Positions 1-9,382 of a stretch of 64,000 nt of DNA are shown one piece after another. Position 1 is the first letter of the stretch. Each line of letters starts with the position of its first letter. The translations under genes were made by a program, and so were the position numbers. Source of the stretch: an uncultured Gammaproteobacteria bacterium (GTDB taxonomy: Bacteria > Pseudomonadota > Gammaproteobacteria > Magnimaribacterales > Magnimaribacteraceae); contig CAZMZZ010000002.1 in the NCBI GenBank assembly GCA_964571215.1, positions 302 to 64,301 of the forward strand. The letters are read 5' to 3'. Under the pieces are notes generated by a model. The model saw only the letters and a program-made list of their open reading frames with translations. It did not search any database and was not told where the DNA came from.

Positions 1-247
1 TGGAATGTTAACCATGGGTATGACAGGAAAAATGGTAACAAACTATGTTGGTGACGGTACTTTAAAGAAATATGGAGTTAGATTTACAAGCCAAGTTTGG
101 CCTGGAGATACTCTTTCAAGTATAGCTACTGTTACTGATATAAGAGAAGAGAATGGAGAAAATATTGTTGAATTAGAGATTGTAACTAGCAACCAGGATG
201 ATGTTACAGTAATAACCGGTTCCGCTACTGCAAAAATTACTTCTTAA
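1..247 (+). CDS. MaoC-like hot-dog fold dehydratase, C-terminal fragment (5' end outside window)
   Basis: The ORF is open to the window edge. The sequence ..GMLTMG..VRFTSQVWPGDTL..ELEIV.. resembles the C-terminal half of MaoC/R-hydratase hot-dog domains. Confidence 0.55.
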   Translation, partial: GMLTMGMTGKMVTNYVGDGTLKKYGVRFTSQVWPGDTLSSIATVTDIREENGENIVELEIVTSNQDDVTVITGSATAKITS

Positions 248-250
248 AAA

Positions 251-1828
251 ATGAACCAAAAAGGAAGCCAACCAGAAATTGGCGGGCGATACGCAAAATT
301 TGCTCTTGGCCTGTTGGTTGTAGTCTATGTTTTCAATTTTATAGACAGACAGATACTCTCAGTATTAGCAGAAGATATAAAATCAGATCTTGGACTTTCA
401 GATAGCGATCTGGGTTTCTTATTTGGTACAGCTTTTGCTGTTTTTTATTCAATCTTCGGAATTCCACTCGGAAAATTAGCTGATGTCTGGTCAAGAAAAA
501 AGCTTATTAGTTTAGGTTTAGCTACTTGGAGTATGATGACAGCCCTATCTGGAACAGCTCAATCATTTACAGCTCTTGCAACATACAGATTTGGAGTTGG
601 AATAGGAGAATCAAGTGCGAGTCCAGCTACTTTTTCATTATTGTCTGATTATTTTTCTCCTAAAGTTAGAGCTACAGTCCTAGCAATTTATTCTAGTGGG
701 GTATATATAGGAGCCGGGATAGGAATATTTTTGGGAGGTTGGATAGTATCATTATGGAATAGTTCCTTCCCTGACCCCCTGCTTGCTCCCTTTGGTTTGA
801 GAGGATGGCAAGCAGCATTTATAGGAGTTGGAGTGCCAGGTTTACTTATAGCTATTCTTACCTGGCAAATTAGAGAACCAAAAAGAGGTATGAGCGATGG
901 AATAGATTCTGAGGAAGATACTCAACCTTTAAAGACTACCTTAAAAGAGTTCATGGGACTCACTCCTTTAGTAGTGATTCAAACAAAAGATAAAAAAAGG
1001 TTTTTATTAACCAACTGTAAATTTGCAATCTTTTATTTTTTAGTTTTCTATCTTTTAATTCTGCTAACTGGAGATTACGTTCAATGGATTGCATTTGGTA
1101 TTGGGTTGTATCTAATGACTTGTTGGATACAGGGTTTAAAATTTAGGGATCCTGTTGCCCATGGAATGATCTTTAAAAGCAAAGCTTTGATATTTGCATT
1201 ATTAGGTTTTCCTTTTATTGCTTTTAATACCTATGCCCATGGTGCCTTTGGACCAGCCTTCTATATGAGAATTCACGGCTTAGATGAAGCTGTAGTTGGG
1301 ACTGTACTGGGATTAATAGTTGCTGTTGGGGGGGTGATTGGAGTAATAGCTGGAGGTATAACCGGAGATAGACTTAGAAGCAGGAACCCCAATGGTAGAT
1401 TATGGGTTGCTTTTTTTGCTGCCTTTTTTGTTATTCCAACAAGTTTGGGTTTGCTATATTCGCCTAGTCTCTATATGTCCCTTTTTTGGAATTTTCTTTT
1501 TCATATAGTTTCGCCTATGTGGGTAGGATTGGCAGCTACAACAGTTTCTGATTTAGTTCTGCCTAGGATGAGGGCTATAGCGGGCGCCTTTTATCTTCTA
1601 GTCTTAAGCATGATAGGTCTTGCTCTTGGACCATACACTGTGGGCAAAATAAGTGATGTTTTTCAATTACAAGGTCAGTCTGAAGGTGATGCTTTAAGGC
1701 TTGCGTTTACTGTAGCTTTAGTTTTCCTTGTTATACCTTTAGTAACTTTTGTTTTAGCTAGTAGATATCTGCCTGAAGATGAAAGCAGTAAAATAGACAG
1801 AGCTAGAGAACTTGGAGAGATAATTTAG
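251..1828 (+). CDS. MFS transporter (Spinster-like)
   Basis: Polytopic hydrophobic profile. N-terminal FNFIDRQILSVL and an MFS motif-A-like GKLADVWSRKK are present. Confidence 0.8.
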   Translation: MNQKGSQPEIGGRYAKFALGLLVVVYVFNFIDRQILSVLAEDIKSDLGLSDSDLGFLFGTAFAVFYSIFGIPLGKLADVWSRKKLISLGLATWSMMTALSGTAQSFTALATYRFGVGIGESSASPATFSLLSDYFSPKVRATVLAIYSSGVYIGAGIGIFLGGWIVSLWNSSFPDPLLAPFGLRGWQAAFIGVGVPGLLIAILTWQIREPKRGMSDGIDSEEDTQPLKTTLKEFMGLTPLVVIQTKDKKRFLLTNCKFAIFYFLVFYLLILLTGDYVQWIAFGIGLYLMTCWIQGLKFRDPVAHGMIFKSKALIFALLGFPFIAFNTYAHGAFGPAFYMRIHGLDEAVVGTVLGLIVAVGGVIGVIAGGITGDRLRSRNPNGRLWVAFFAAFFVIPTSLGLLYSPSLYMSLFWNFLFHIVSPMWVGLAATTVSDLVLPRMRAIAGAFYLLVLSMIGLALGPYTVGKISDVFQLQGQSEGDALRLAFTVALVFLVIPLVTFVLASRYLPEDESSKIDRARELGEII

Positions 1829-1833
1829 AAGGA

Positions 1834-2286
1834 TTATGGGTCAATATTATCCAATATCTCTTTAAATGTTTTTTCTTGAACAGGGTGGATTTCATTCGGG
1901 GACAGCTCAACAAGAGGTTCTAAAACGAAAATACTATCTTTAAGATTTCTATGAGGTAAGGACTTCTTTCCTTGTTTTACTACATCACCAAAAATGAGTA
2001 TATCTAAGTCTATTACTCTATCAGAGAATCCTCTCTGATCCTCATTCCTGCCCATATCTATTTCTATCTTATTAAGAATAGCTTGAACTTCTTCTAGTCC
2101 CAGATCTGTATAAAACTCTGCTACTAAGTTTAGAAAATCAGCACCTTTGAAGCCTTCTGCAGCATATTGATAGGTTTTTGAAAATTTACAATTAAAATAT
2201 TCGAGCAAATTTTTTTTTGACCTTTTGATATTAATTTCAGGCTCAATATTGCTACCAACTCCTATATATACTTTCTGCTTTTTCAA
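1834..2286 (-). CDS. folK: 2-amino-4-hydroxy-6-hydroxymethyldihydropteridine pyrophosphokinase (HPPK)
   Basis: HPPK motifs IGVGSN, RVIDLDILIFG and LPHRNL..FVLEPL. The TTG start overlaps the folB stop as TTGA. Confidence 0.85.
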   Translation of the reverse strand: MKKQKVYIGVGSNIEPEINIKRSKKNLLEYFNCKFSKTYQYAAEGFKGADFLNLVAEFYTDLGLEEVQAILNKIEIDMGRNEDQRGFSDRVIDLDILIFGDVVKQGKKSLPHRNLKDSIFVLEPLVELSPNEIHPVQEKTFKEILDNIDP

Positions 2287-2630
2287 GGTCTCTGAATTTT
2301 TATGCCTACTAACTCAGAACCTCTTAGAGCTCCAGACTTTTTTAGGAATAACTTTACTTTTTTAACTTTGAACTCTTTGATAATAGTTTGAGCAATTTTT
2401 TCTGCTAAATTCTCTATTAGATTAGTTCTACTTTTTTCAACTAATGAGATAACTCTCTTAGATATCTTTTTATAGTTTAAAGTATCGCTTAATTTATCAG
2501 ATCTACTTGGCTTCTTCATATCGTAATCTATCTCTATATCTAGAGATATAATTTGCTTTACTTCTTTCTCCCAATCATAAATTCCTACAATTGTTTCTAT
2601 TTGAAGGTCTTTTATAACAAATTTATCCAT
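2283..2630 (-). CDS. folB: dihydroneopterin aldolase
   Basis: Motifs GIYDWEK, SDKLSDTLNYK and LIENLAEKIA. Length is 115 aa and the gene lies immediately upstream of folK. Confidence 0.8.
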   Translation of the reverse strand: MDKFVIKDLQIETIVGIYDWEKEVKQIISLDIEIDYDMKKPSRSDKLSDTLNYKKISKRVISLVEKSRTNLIENLAEKIAQTIIKEFKVKKVKLFLKKSGALRGSELVGIKIQRP

Positions 2631-3659
2631 TTACTTATTCAATTCAGAAAGATCCCATCTTGGTTTTATTTCAATAGATTTATCAAAAGTAGCTTTAGTA
2701 TTAAATCTATGGAAACCAGCTACAGCAACCATAGCTCCATTATCTGTACATCTATGTAAATTGGGGAAAAAAATATCTATACCCCTAAGATCCTTCTTTA
2801 GTCTTTCTCTTATATATTCATTTGAAGCTACTCCCCCTCCTATTACAAGTTGTTTATGACCGGTTTTTAAAAGGGCTGATTTACACTTCTCAACTAATGT
2901 TTCTGCTATTGCTGCTTGGAAGGAAGCTGCTAGATCAGCCTTAAAATCTTTAGAAAGAGGTAATTTCTGTTTTTTAACAACATATAGAGCTGCTGTCTTC
3001 AATCCACTGAAACTAAAATCATGATTCTTTTTACTTAACATTGGTCTTGGTAAGTTGTAAGCTTTGGGATTGCCTGCTTTAGCTATCTTTTCAATTTCAG
3101 GTCCACCCGGATAATTCATTCCTAATATTTTAGCTACTTTATCAAAAGCCTCTCCTACTGCATCATCTCTAGTCTGACCCAAAACTGCATATTCACCTAT
3201 CCCTAAAGTGTCTATAAGCAAGGTGTGTCCACCTGAAACTAATAAAGTTAGAAACGGGAATTTCGGTGATCTTTCTTCAAGAAGATTCACCAGGAGATGT
3301 GCTTCCATGTGATGTATTCCTACACAAGGTTTAGACCATCCTAATGACAGACTGTTTGCAAAAGAAGCGCCGACTAGTAAAGATCCACTTAAACCCGGGC
3401 CCTTTGTGTAAGCAATACCGTCTAGCTGGGAAGCAGATTTACCTGACTGTATTAAGGTCAATTTAACCATAGGAAGTAACTTTAAAACCTGGTCTCTAGA
3501 GGCTAATTCTGGAACTACCCCTCCATATAATGCATGTTTAGATGCTTGACTGAAGATATTTTCAGATAAAATTTCATTTTTTTTACTATCGTAAAGTGCA
3601 ACTCCTGTTTCGTCGCACGATGTTTCTATTCCTAAAATAATCATCTTATTTAACTTCAA
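2631..3659 (-). CDS. tsaD: tRNA N6-adenosine threonylcarbamoyltransferase
   Basis: Signatures [24 protein letters not shown] and VSGGHT. It is divergent from rpsU as in E. coli. Confidence 0.95.
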   Translation of the reverse strand: MKLNKMIILGIETSCDETGVALYDSKKNEILSENIFSQASKHALYGGVVPELASRDQVLKLLPMVKLTLIQSGKSASQLDGIAYTKGPGLSGSLLVGASFANSLSLGWSKPCVGIHHMEAHLLVNLLEERSPKFPFLTLLVSGGHTLLIDTLGIGEYAVLGQTRDDAVGEAFDKVAKILGMNYPGGPEIEKIAKAGNPKAYNLPRPMLSKKNHDFSFSGLKTAALYVVKKQKLPLSKDFKADLAASFQAAIAETLVEKCKSALLKTGHKQLVIGGGVASNEYIRERLKKDLRGIDIFFPNLHRCTDNGAMVAVAGFHRFNTKATFDKSIEIKPRWDLSELNK

Positions 3660-3698
3660 AAGCTATATTTTCCTCTCTAATTAAAAAAAATAAAGTCT

Positions 3699-3726
3699 TT
3701 GCAAAATTCTTAGCCTTATATAGAAT
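3699..3726 (+). promoter_or_regulatory. candidate sigma70 promoter for rpsU (TTGCAA-16 nt-TAGAAT)
   Basis: The -35-like TTGCAA (3699..3704) and -10-like TAGAAT (3721..3726) lie about 30 nt upstream of the rpsU ATG. This is pattern matching only. Confidence 0.3.
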
Positions 3727-3754
3727 TGCGCGACCTTTAATTATCGTATGTTTT

Positions 3755-3970
3755 ATGCCTTCAATTAAGATAAGAACAAAAGAATCTTTTGATATAGGAC
3801 TTAGAAAGTTCAAAAGAGCTTGTGAAAGAGCTGGAATTATAACTGAAGTTAGAAAGAGAGAATTCTATGAAAAACCAACTTCAGTAAGAAAAAGAAAAGC
3901 TGCAGCTGCGGTAAAAAGGGAAGCAAAGAATCAAAGAAAGAATCGCCTTGGACGTCCTCCAAGGTTTTAA
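3755..3970 (+). CDS. rpsU: 30S ribosomal protein S21
   Basis: 71 aa and basic, with MPSIKIR..FYEKPT..RKRK typical of S21. Confidence 0.95.
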   Translation: MPSIKIRTKESFDIGLRKFKRACERAGIITEVRKREFYEKPTSVRKRKAAAAVKREAKNQRKNRLGRPPRF

Positions 3971-3988
3971 AGACCCCACGGACTGTTA

Positions 3989-4444
3989 ATGGATAAGAAT
4001 GGATTGAAATCTCTTATTCAGCAGGCTGTTGTTACAGCTCTAAAGAGTGGAGAAAAAGAAAAAACTACAACTCTTCGTATGGCAGTATCTGAAATACAAA
4101 AGGAAGAAATACATAAAAAATCTGAACTAAGTAAAGAAGAAACTTTATTTATTATTCAGAAGATGATCAAGCAACGTAAAGAAGCTTTATCTCAGTTTGA
4201 GAGTGCTGGAAGAAAAGAATTAGCAGAAAAAGAAAAAAATGAAATTAAAATTCTCTCGGATTTTCTTCCAGAGCAAGTTTCTGAACAAGAAATAATTAAA
4301 ATCGTTAAGGATACTATTGAAAAAGAAGGGGCTAAATCTCATCAAGATATAGGAAAAGTAATGGGATCTTTAAAACAAATACTACAAGGAAAAGCTGAGA
4401 TGTCTCTTGTTAGTAAGATAGTAAAAGAAAGCCTAAATAATTAA
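3989..4444 (+). CDS. GatB/YqeY domain protein
   Basis: 151 aa with full-length resemblance to YqeY (..LRMAVSEIQKEEI.., ..LSDFLP..). It follows rpsU as in many proteobacteria. Confidence 0.8.
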   Translation: MDKNGLKSLIQQAVVTALKSGEKEKTTTLRMAVSEIQKEEIHKKSELSKEETLFIIQKMIKQRKEALSQFESAGRKELAEKEKNEIKILSDFLPEQVSEQEIIKIVKDTIEKEGAKSHQDIGKVMGSLKQILQGKAEMSLVSKIVKESLNN

Positions 4445-4446
4445 AG

Positions 4447-5664
4447 TTACTTTTTTAAATACCTTTGTTTTAACTTCATAGACCTATTCTTAATGGGCTG
4501 GTTCTTTCCAGATAAATATATTCCCTCTACAAACGACGATACTTCTAGTGGATCTCCATCCCAAATCACTAAATCTGCAATATAACCTTCTTGAATTGAT
4601 CCTCGTTTACCTAATTTGAAAACTTCTGCAATATTTTTAGTAAGCCCTTTAAGGGCCTCATTCCAAGGAAGACCATAAGAAACTGCAATTCCTGCTCCCT
4701 GTCTACTTAAATAAGAGTTATGTGTTTCTTGAGATCCCAACAAAATCTTTACTCCCGCTTTATTCAATAAATAAGCATTATCCAATCTAGAGCCTAGCTC
4801 ATTAAAAGAGTTTGGAATATTGTCTATTGGAAAAAGTACTACAGGTATATCAGCTTCTGATAATTGTTCTGATACCCTCCAGGCCTCTGCCGCTCCTGTA
4901 ATTACAATATTTATATTTGCTCTATTTGAAAATTTAATCAATGCAAGAATATCTGATGCGCCATTTGCTTTTATAATTAAAGGTATTTCCCTAGAAACAA
5001 CTTTCTTCAAAGCAGCAATATCCCTTCTAGAATAGTGTATCTTTTGAGGCAAATAAGATTTATAAAGTTCAAAATCAGTTTGCCTTACTATCTTTGAGGC
5101 AACCTCTAAAGAATCTTCTAAAAGAAGAATTTTAGCTGCAGTGGAATCTTCACCACCCTCAATGCTTGCTGTCAAAGCTATATTAGATTTAACTAAACTC
5201 TCTTCGGCTGAACCAGATAAATAAAAGGCTGATGTTAGGCCTGAGAAGAGACCGGATGAACTTGGTGAGGTCAGCGCTAAAGTTATTCCTCCAGTTAAAT
5301 TATAAGGAACTAAGGTGGATGAGGGATTAAAGGCAGAATCGATATTAAAGCCAGCAGAATATATTTCAGTCCTATCATCTCGAGTTTCTGGAACAAGTCC
5401 AATTTCAACTAATCCTATTTGGGTATTTGGAGAAATTAGACCTGGAGAAATTATCTTGCCCGAAAGATCTTGTACAGTAGCCGATGGAGAAGAGAGGTCT
5501 TTTCCTATTCTATAAATCAAGCCATTCCTAATGTGTATATCAGAGTTTTCTAAAGTACCGAGTTGAGTTGCAGTGTGAATTGTTGCATTCTTTAACAGCA
5601 CCTCGTTGGAGAACGAATAGAAACTCATAAATAAAGTAATAATAAAGAAAACTTTTTTGTTCAT
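4447..5664 (-). CDS. secreted amidohydrolase-family protein, apparently lacking the HxH metal motif
   Basis: Signal peptide MNKKVFFIITLFMSFYSFS. It aligns with the upstream paralog, but SPGLISPNTQIG replaces TPGIIDIHSHMG. The C-terminal ADLVIWDGDPL is conserved. Confidence 0.65.
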   Translation of the reverse strand: MNKKVFFIITLFMSFYSFSNEVLLKNATIHTATQLGTLENSDIHIRNGLIYRIGKDLSSPSATVQDLSGKIISPGLISPNTQIGLVEIGLVPETRDDRTEIYSAGFNIDSAFNPSSTLVPYNLTGGITLALTSPSSSGLFSGLTSAFYLSGSAEESLVKSNIALTASIEGGEDSTAAKILLLEDSLEVASKIVRQTDFELYKSYLPQKIHYSRRDIAALKKVVSREIPLIIKANGASDILALIKFSNRANINIVITGAAEAWRVSEQLSEADIPVVLFPIDNIPNSFNELGSRLDNAYLLNKAGVKILLGSQETHNSYLSRQGAGIAVSYGLPWNEALKGLTKNIAEVFKLGKRGSIQEGYIADLVIWDGDPLEVSSFVEGIYLSGKNQPIKNRSMKLKQRYLKK

Positions 5665-5666
5665 TA

Positions 5667-7046
5667 CTATAAACTTTTGTCTTTAGAACTGATTATGCCT
5701 AATTCGAAGTCGGTAGCCTTCGGAGTTGAAGGATTGTCCTTGTCATAAACCAACACTCCATCTAAGAAGACTTTTTCTGTTTTTGTATAGACACTAAATG
5801 GATCTCCATCCCAAATTACAATATCAGCCATCTTACCGTCCTCTAATGAACCTACCAGATTAGATATACCAAGAGCTTTTGCTGGATTGAGTGTTATCCA
5901 TTTTATTGCTCTTGCTCTGCTTATCTCTAATCCCGCCCTATTGCCAGCGAACATTGCCTTAGCAGCTTCTTGATTTAATCTCTGAATACCAACAGAAGAA
6001 TCTGAATGGATTATGGCACAACCTTTTCCATTAATTGCTTGATCAACAATAGCTGCATTCTCCCAAACCATATCAAACGCTTCGTGTTTAAAGCCCCACC
6101 AATCAGCCCACATAGCGGCGCAGACTCCTTCTTCGGCTAAGATATCAGCAACTTTATATGCTTCTACGGCATGATGGAAAGTCGTAACTTTATAATCAAA
6201 TTCTTTTGCTATATCGAGCATAACTGCCATTTCTTCTCCTCTGTAGCAGTGGTTTTGTATCAGTATTTCTCCATCTAAAACTCCTACAAGAGTTTCTAGT
6301 TCTAGGTTTCTTGTTGGAGCATACTCTAGTTCCTTGGCTTCACTAGATTTTGATTCATACTCTTCTAGTTTATTTTTATAACTTTGAGCTCTGATCCATG
6401 CCTTCCTGTATCCCGCTACATTACCCATTCTGGTTGAAGGTTCGGTCCTTCTATTCCCATAGACTCTTTTGGGATTTTCTCCACAAGCCATCTTTAGTGT
6501 GTAGGGTGCTCCAGGAAATTTCATTCCCTGAACTGTACGAGACCAAATATTCTTAAGAGTTACACCCCTTCCTCCTATTAAGTTAGCTGAACCGGGCAGA
6601 ACATGGAAAGTTGTTACACCCCCCTTTAGAGCTAAGGGCATCTGCGGGTCTTGAGTCCAAACAGAATGTTCAGCCCACACATGTGCAGTTACTGGATTGG
6701 TTGCTTCGTTCCCATCAGAGCTAGATCTTAGGCTAGGTGCAGGATAGACTCCCATATGTGAATGTATATCTATAATCCCTGGAGTTACCCATTTACCCTC
6801 TGCATTGATAAGTTTAGACCCTTTTGGTCTAACAAGACCCTTCCCGACCGCTTTTATCTTGTTGGATGAAATTAAAATACTACCTTTTAATAATTCATCA
6901 CCATTTCCAGTGAGAATACGAGCATTCTCAATAAAAATATCTCCACTATCCTCTGGAATGTAAGTAGAAATAAAGGCTGTTTCCTTTGCACTTACCTTGA
7001 AGACACAAAAAAAAGACAAAATTAATAAACAAATTAGTCTCTTCAA
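5667..7046 (-). CDS. secreted amidohydrolase (COG1228-like, metal-dependent)
   Basis: Signal peptide present. HxH motif in PGIIDIHSHMG and C-terminal ADIVIWDGDPF. The TTG start is preceded by a strong AGGAGGG Shine-Dalgarno. Confidence 0.8.
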   Translation of the reverse strand: MKRLICLLILSFFCVFKVSAKETAFISTYIPEDSGDIFIENARILTGNGDELLKGSILISSNKIKAVGKGLVRPKGSKLINAEGKWVTPGIIDIHSHMGVYPAPSLRSSSDGNEATNPVTAHVWAEHSVWTQDPQMPLALKGGVTTFHVLPGSANLIGGRGVTLKNIWSRTVQGMKFPGAPYTLKMACGENPKRVYGNRRTEPSTRMGNVAGYRKAWIRAQSYKNKLEEYESKSSEAKELEYAPTRNLELETLVGVLDGEILIQNHCYRGEEMAVMLDIAKEFDYKVTTFHHAVEAYKVADILAEEGVCAAMWADWWGFKHEAFDMVWENAAIVDQAINGKGCAIIHSDSSVGIQRLNQEAAKAMFAGNRAGLEISRARAIKWITLNPAKALGISNLVGSLEDGKMADIVIWDGDPFSVYTKTEKVFLDGVLVYDKDNPSTPKATDFELGIISSKDKSL

Positions 7047-7090
7047 TTTTTTAATCCCTCCTAATTATGTAAATAAATATAGTACATTTT

Positions 7091-7666
7091 TTAATCTTGA
7101 GGAAGACCAACTTTCTGATCGATTTCTAAGTTGAGAGTAGCCCCTTCCTTTAGAGAGATTAAGTTGGTAGTCTTGATTGTTTCTGGAATCAGAAAAACAG
7201 AAAAATGATTTTCTGTCAACCTAGAAACAGTCAAGCTTACACCATTTAAAGCAACATAACCTTTGTTGGTTATTTGTTGCCCGCACTCTTTGGGTTTCGA
7301 TACTACGAGCTCTACCTCACCCTTTTCTTTCTTTAAAGTGGCTTGACACTCACAACAAATATGACCTGAAAGAATGTGACCCCCTATTTCATCACCAAAC
7401 TTCAAAGATCTTTCCATATTAACTTTATCTGAATTATTTAATTTACTGAGGTTTGTGGTTCTTAGAGTCTCCTTTATCACGTCAAAATAAATTTTTTCTT
7501 TAGTACTTTTAACTACTGTTAAACAAACGCCATTCACGGAAACACTGGCTCCCTTTTTAAGGTTCTTATTAAAACTAGATGGCACGCCTATAGCTATGCT
7601 TAGTCCTTTTTTATTAGTATTTATTTCAAGAATTTTCCCCTTTGCTTGCACGATGCCTGTAAACAT
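7091..7666 (-). CDS. ribE: riboflavin synthase (alpha chain)
   Basis: MFTGIV N-terminus. Internal duplication GASVSVNGVCLTV / GYVALNGVSLTV. Confidence 0.9.
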   Translation of the reverse strand: MFTGIVQAKGKILEINTNKKGLSIAIGVPSSFNKNLKKGASVSVNGVCLTVVKSTKEKIYFDVIKETLRTTNLSKLNNSDKVNMERSLKFGDEIGGHILSGHICCECQATLKKEKGEVELVVSKPKECGQQITNKGYVALNGVSLTVSRLTENHFSVFLIPETIKTTNLISLKEGATLNLEIDQKVGLPQD

Positions 7667-7673
7667 AATAAAT

Positions 7674-8297
7674 CTACAAGCTAGACTTTAATTTCTCTGC
7701 AATATCACTAAACTCCTCAGATTGCTCAAGAAAAAGAATTAGATTTTCAAGGTTTGCAATAGAATAAATTGGTATGCCCAGTTCTTCTTCTACAATTTTC
7801 TTAGCTATTTGTCCTTTAAAAACTTCCTGCCTATCGAGAGCAACAATAATCGAAGATACTAATCCACCTGCTTTGGTAATCAAATTAAAGGCTCTCCTTA
7901 TTGCAGTACCTGCAGTTAAAACATCATCAAGAATCATTACTTTTTTGTTTTCTAAACTTCCAACTATCACTCCCCCCTCCCCATGATCCTTTTCTTCTTT
8001 TCTATCAAAAGCAATAGGAATATTTTTAGATAGAGCTTGGCTGAGTTCGGTAGCAACAGCAGAAGCTAACGGAATACCCTTATATGCAGGTCCAAAAATA
8101 ACTTCATAGTCGATACTAGAGTTTTTAATCTTGTCAGAGTAAAGTTTAGCAAGATTAGATATATGTCCAGACTCAAGGAAGGCAGCAATATTAAAAAAAT
8201 AATTGCTTTTTTTTCCTGATTTAAGAGTAAAGTCGCCAAACAAAAGAGCTTGTACTTCTATTGATAACGCCAAAAATTCTTTATCTAAAGTAGACAT
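7674..8297 (-). CDS. pyrE: orotate phosphoribosyltransferase
   Basis: PRPP-binding motif VMILDDVLTAGTAI. The 207-aa length matches OPRTase. Confidence 0.9.
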   Translation of the reverse strand: MSTLDKEFLALSIEVQALLFGDFTLKSGKKSNYFFNIAAFLESGHISNLAKLYSDKIKNSSIDYEVIFGPAYKGIPLASAVATELSQALSKNIPIAFDRKEEKDHGEGGVIVGSLENKKVMILDDVLTAGTAIRRAFNLITKAGGLVSSIIVALDRQEVFKGQIAKKIVEEELGIPIYSIANLENLILFLEQSEEFSDIAEKLKSSL

Positions 8298-8382
8298 AAA
8301 AACATATTCAGTTAATAATTTTTTTATCTTATTGAACTATTGTAATAGTATCTATCCTAAAACTAACCTCATTTTATAATAA

Positions 8383-9000
8383 ATGTCTAGAGTAATAGTG
8401 ATAGCTGCTCCTTCAGGAGCAGGAAAAACCTCTTTAATAGAATCTCTATTAGAAGAAGCTATAAACACTAGAATCAAATTAGGTATTTCTTTCACAACAA
8501 GAGAGAAAAGAGATAATGAGATTAATGGAAAATCCTATTTTTTTATTAATAAAGACGAGTTTATTGAAATGCGAGAAAAAAACGAATTTCTAGAAAGTGC
8601 AGAAGTTTTCGGAAATTTGTATGGAACTAATAAATCTTGGGTTGAAAAACAAATTAAAGAAGGCCATAAGGTTTTGTTAGAATTAGATTGGCAAGGTGCC
8701 AAACAAGTTAAATATGTTTTTCAAGACTGTTTAACAATTTTTATTCTCCCCCCTTCCCATAAAGAACTTAAAGAAAGATTAAAGAAAAGAGGTCTTGATG
8801 ATCAAGATATTGTCGAAAAAAGATTGTCTCTTGCAAGAAACGAAATTTTAGAAGGAAAATATTTTGACTTTCTTGTAGTTAATGATGTTTTTGAGAATTC
8901 ACTTAATGATCTAAAAAAAATAATACTTGAAGGAAAAGAGCTATCTAAGGAAAGAAGGGTTCTTGCTAATAGTGTACTTGAAGAATTATTGAAAAATTAG
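8383..9000 (+). CDS. gmk: guanylate kinase
   Basis: P-loop APSGAGKTSL. Sits in the gmk-rpoZ-spoT context. Confidence 0.95.
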   Translation: MSRVIVIAAPSGAGKTSLIESLLEEAINTRIKLGISFTTREKRDNEINGKSYFFINKDEFIEMREKNEFLESAEVFGNLYGTNKSWVEKQIKEGHKVLLELDWQGAKQVKYVFQDCLTIFILPPSHKELKERLKKRGLDDQDIVEKRLSLARNEILEGKYFDFLVVNDVFENSLNDLKKIILEGKELSKERRVLANSVLEELLKN

Positions 9001-9053
9001 TGATTATTACCTAGAATGCGCCTCTTCTTTAAAAATACCCAGGATTTTCGACC

Positions 9054-9311
9054 ATGGCTAGAGTTACGATAGAAGATTGTTTAGAAAAGATTAAATCGAG
9101 ATACGATCTCATAATACTTGCAGCTAAGAGAGCAAGACAGCTAGCTGTTGGAGGAAGAAAACCGACTTTGGAGTGGGAAGATGATAAGCCAACTGTTATG
9201 GCGTTAAGAGAAATAGCAGCAGGTTCAGTTAACTCTGAAAATATCAATGACTTAACTGTGGATATAGCCGATCTGGAACAAGAGTTCTCAGACGAGCTTT
9301 CTGCAGAATAA
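9054..9311 (+). CDS. rpoZ: DNA-directed RNA polymerase subunit omega
   Basis: [28 protein letters not shown]. Confidence 0.95.
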   Translation: MARVTIEDCLEKIKSRYDLIILAAKRARQLAVGGRKPTLEWEDDKPTVMALREIAAGSVNSENINDLTVDIADLEQEFSDELSAE

Positions 9312-9382
9312 GTACCATAAAACCTAATTTATTAGCTTTTCTGATAAAAAATAGAGATACTCTTTCTTAGAGACCTATTACT

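Noticed and set aside
7667-7673. An FMN riboswitch in front of ribE.
   Set aside because: Only 7 nt separate ribE from pyrE, so the two are evidently co-transcribed and there is no room for an aptamer.
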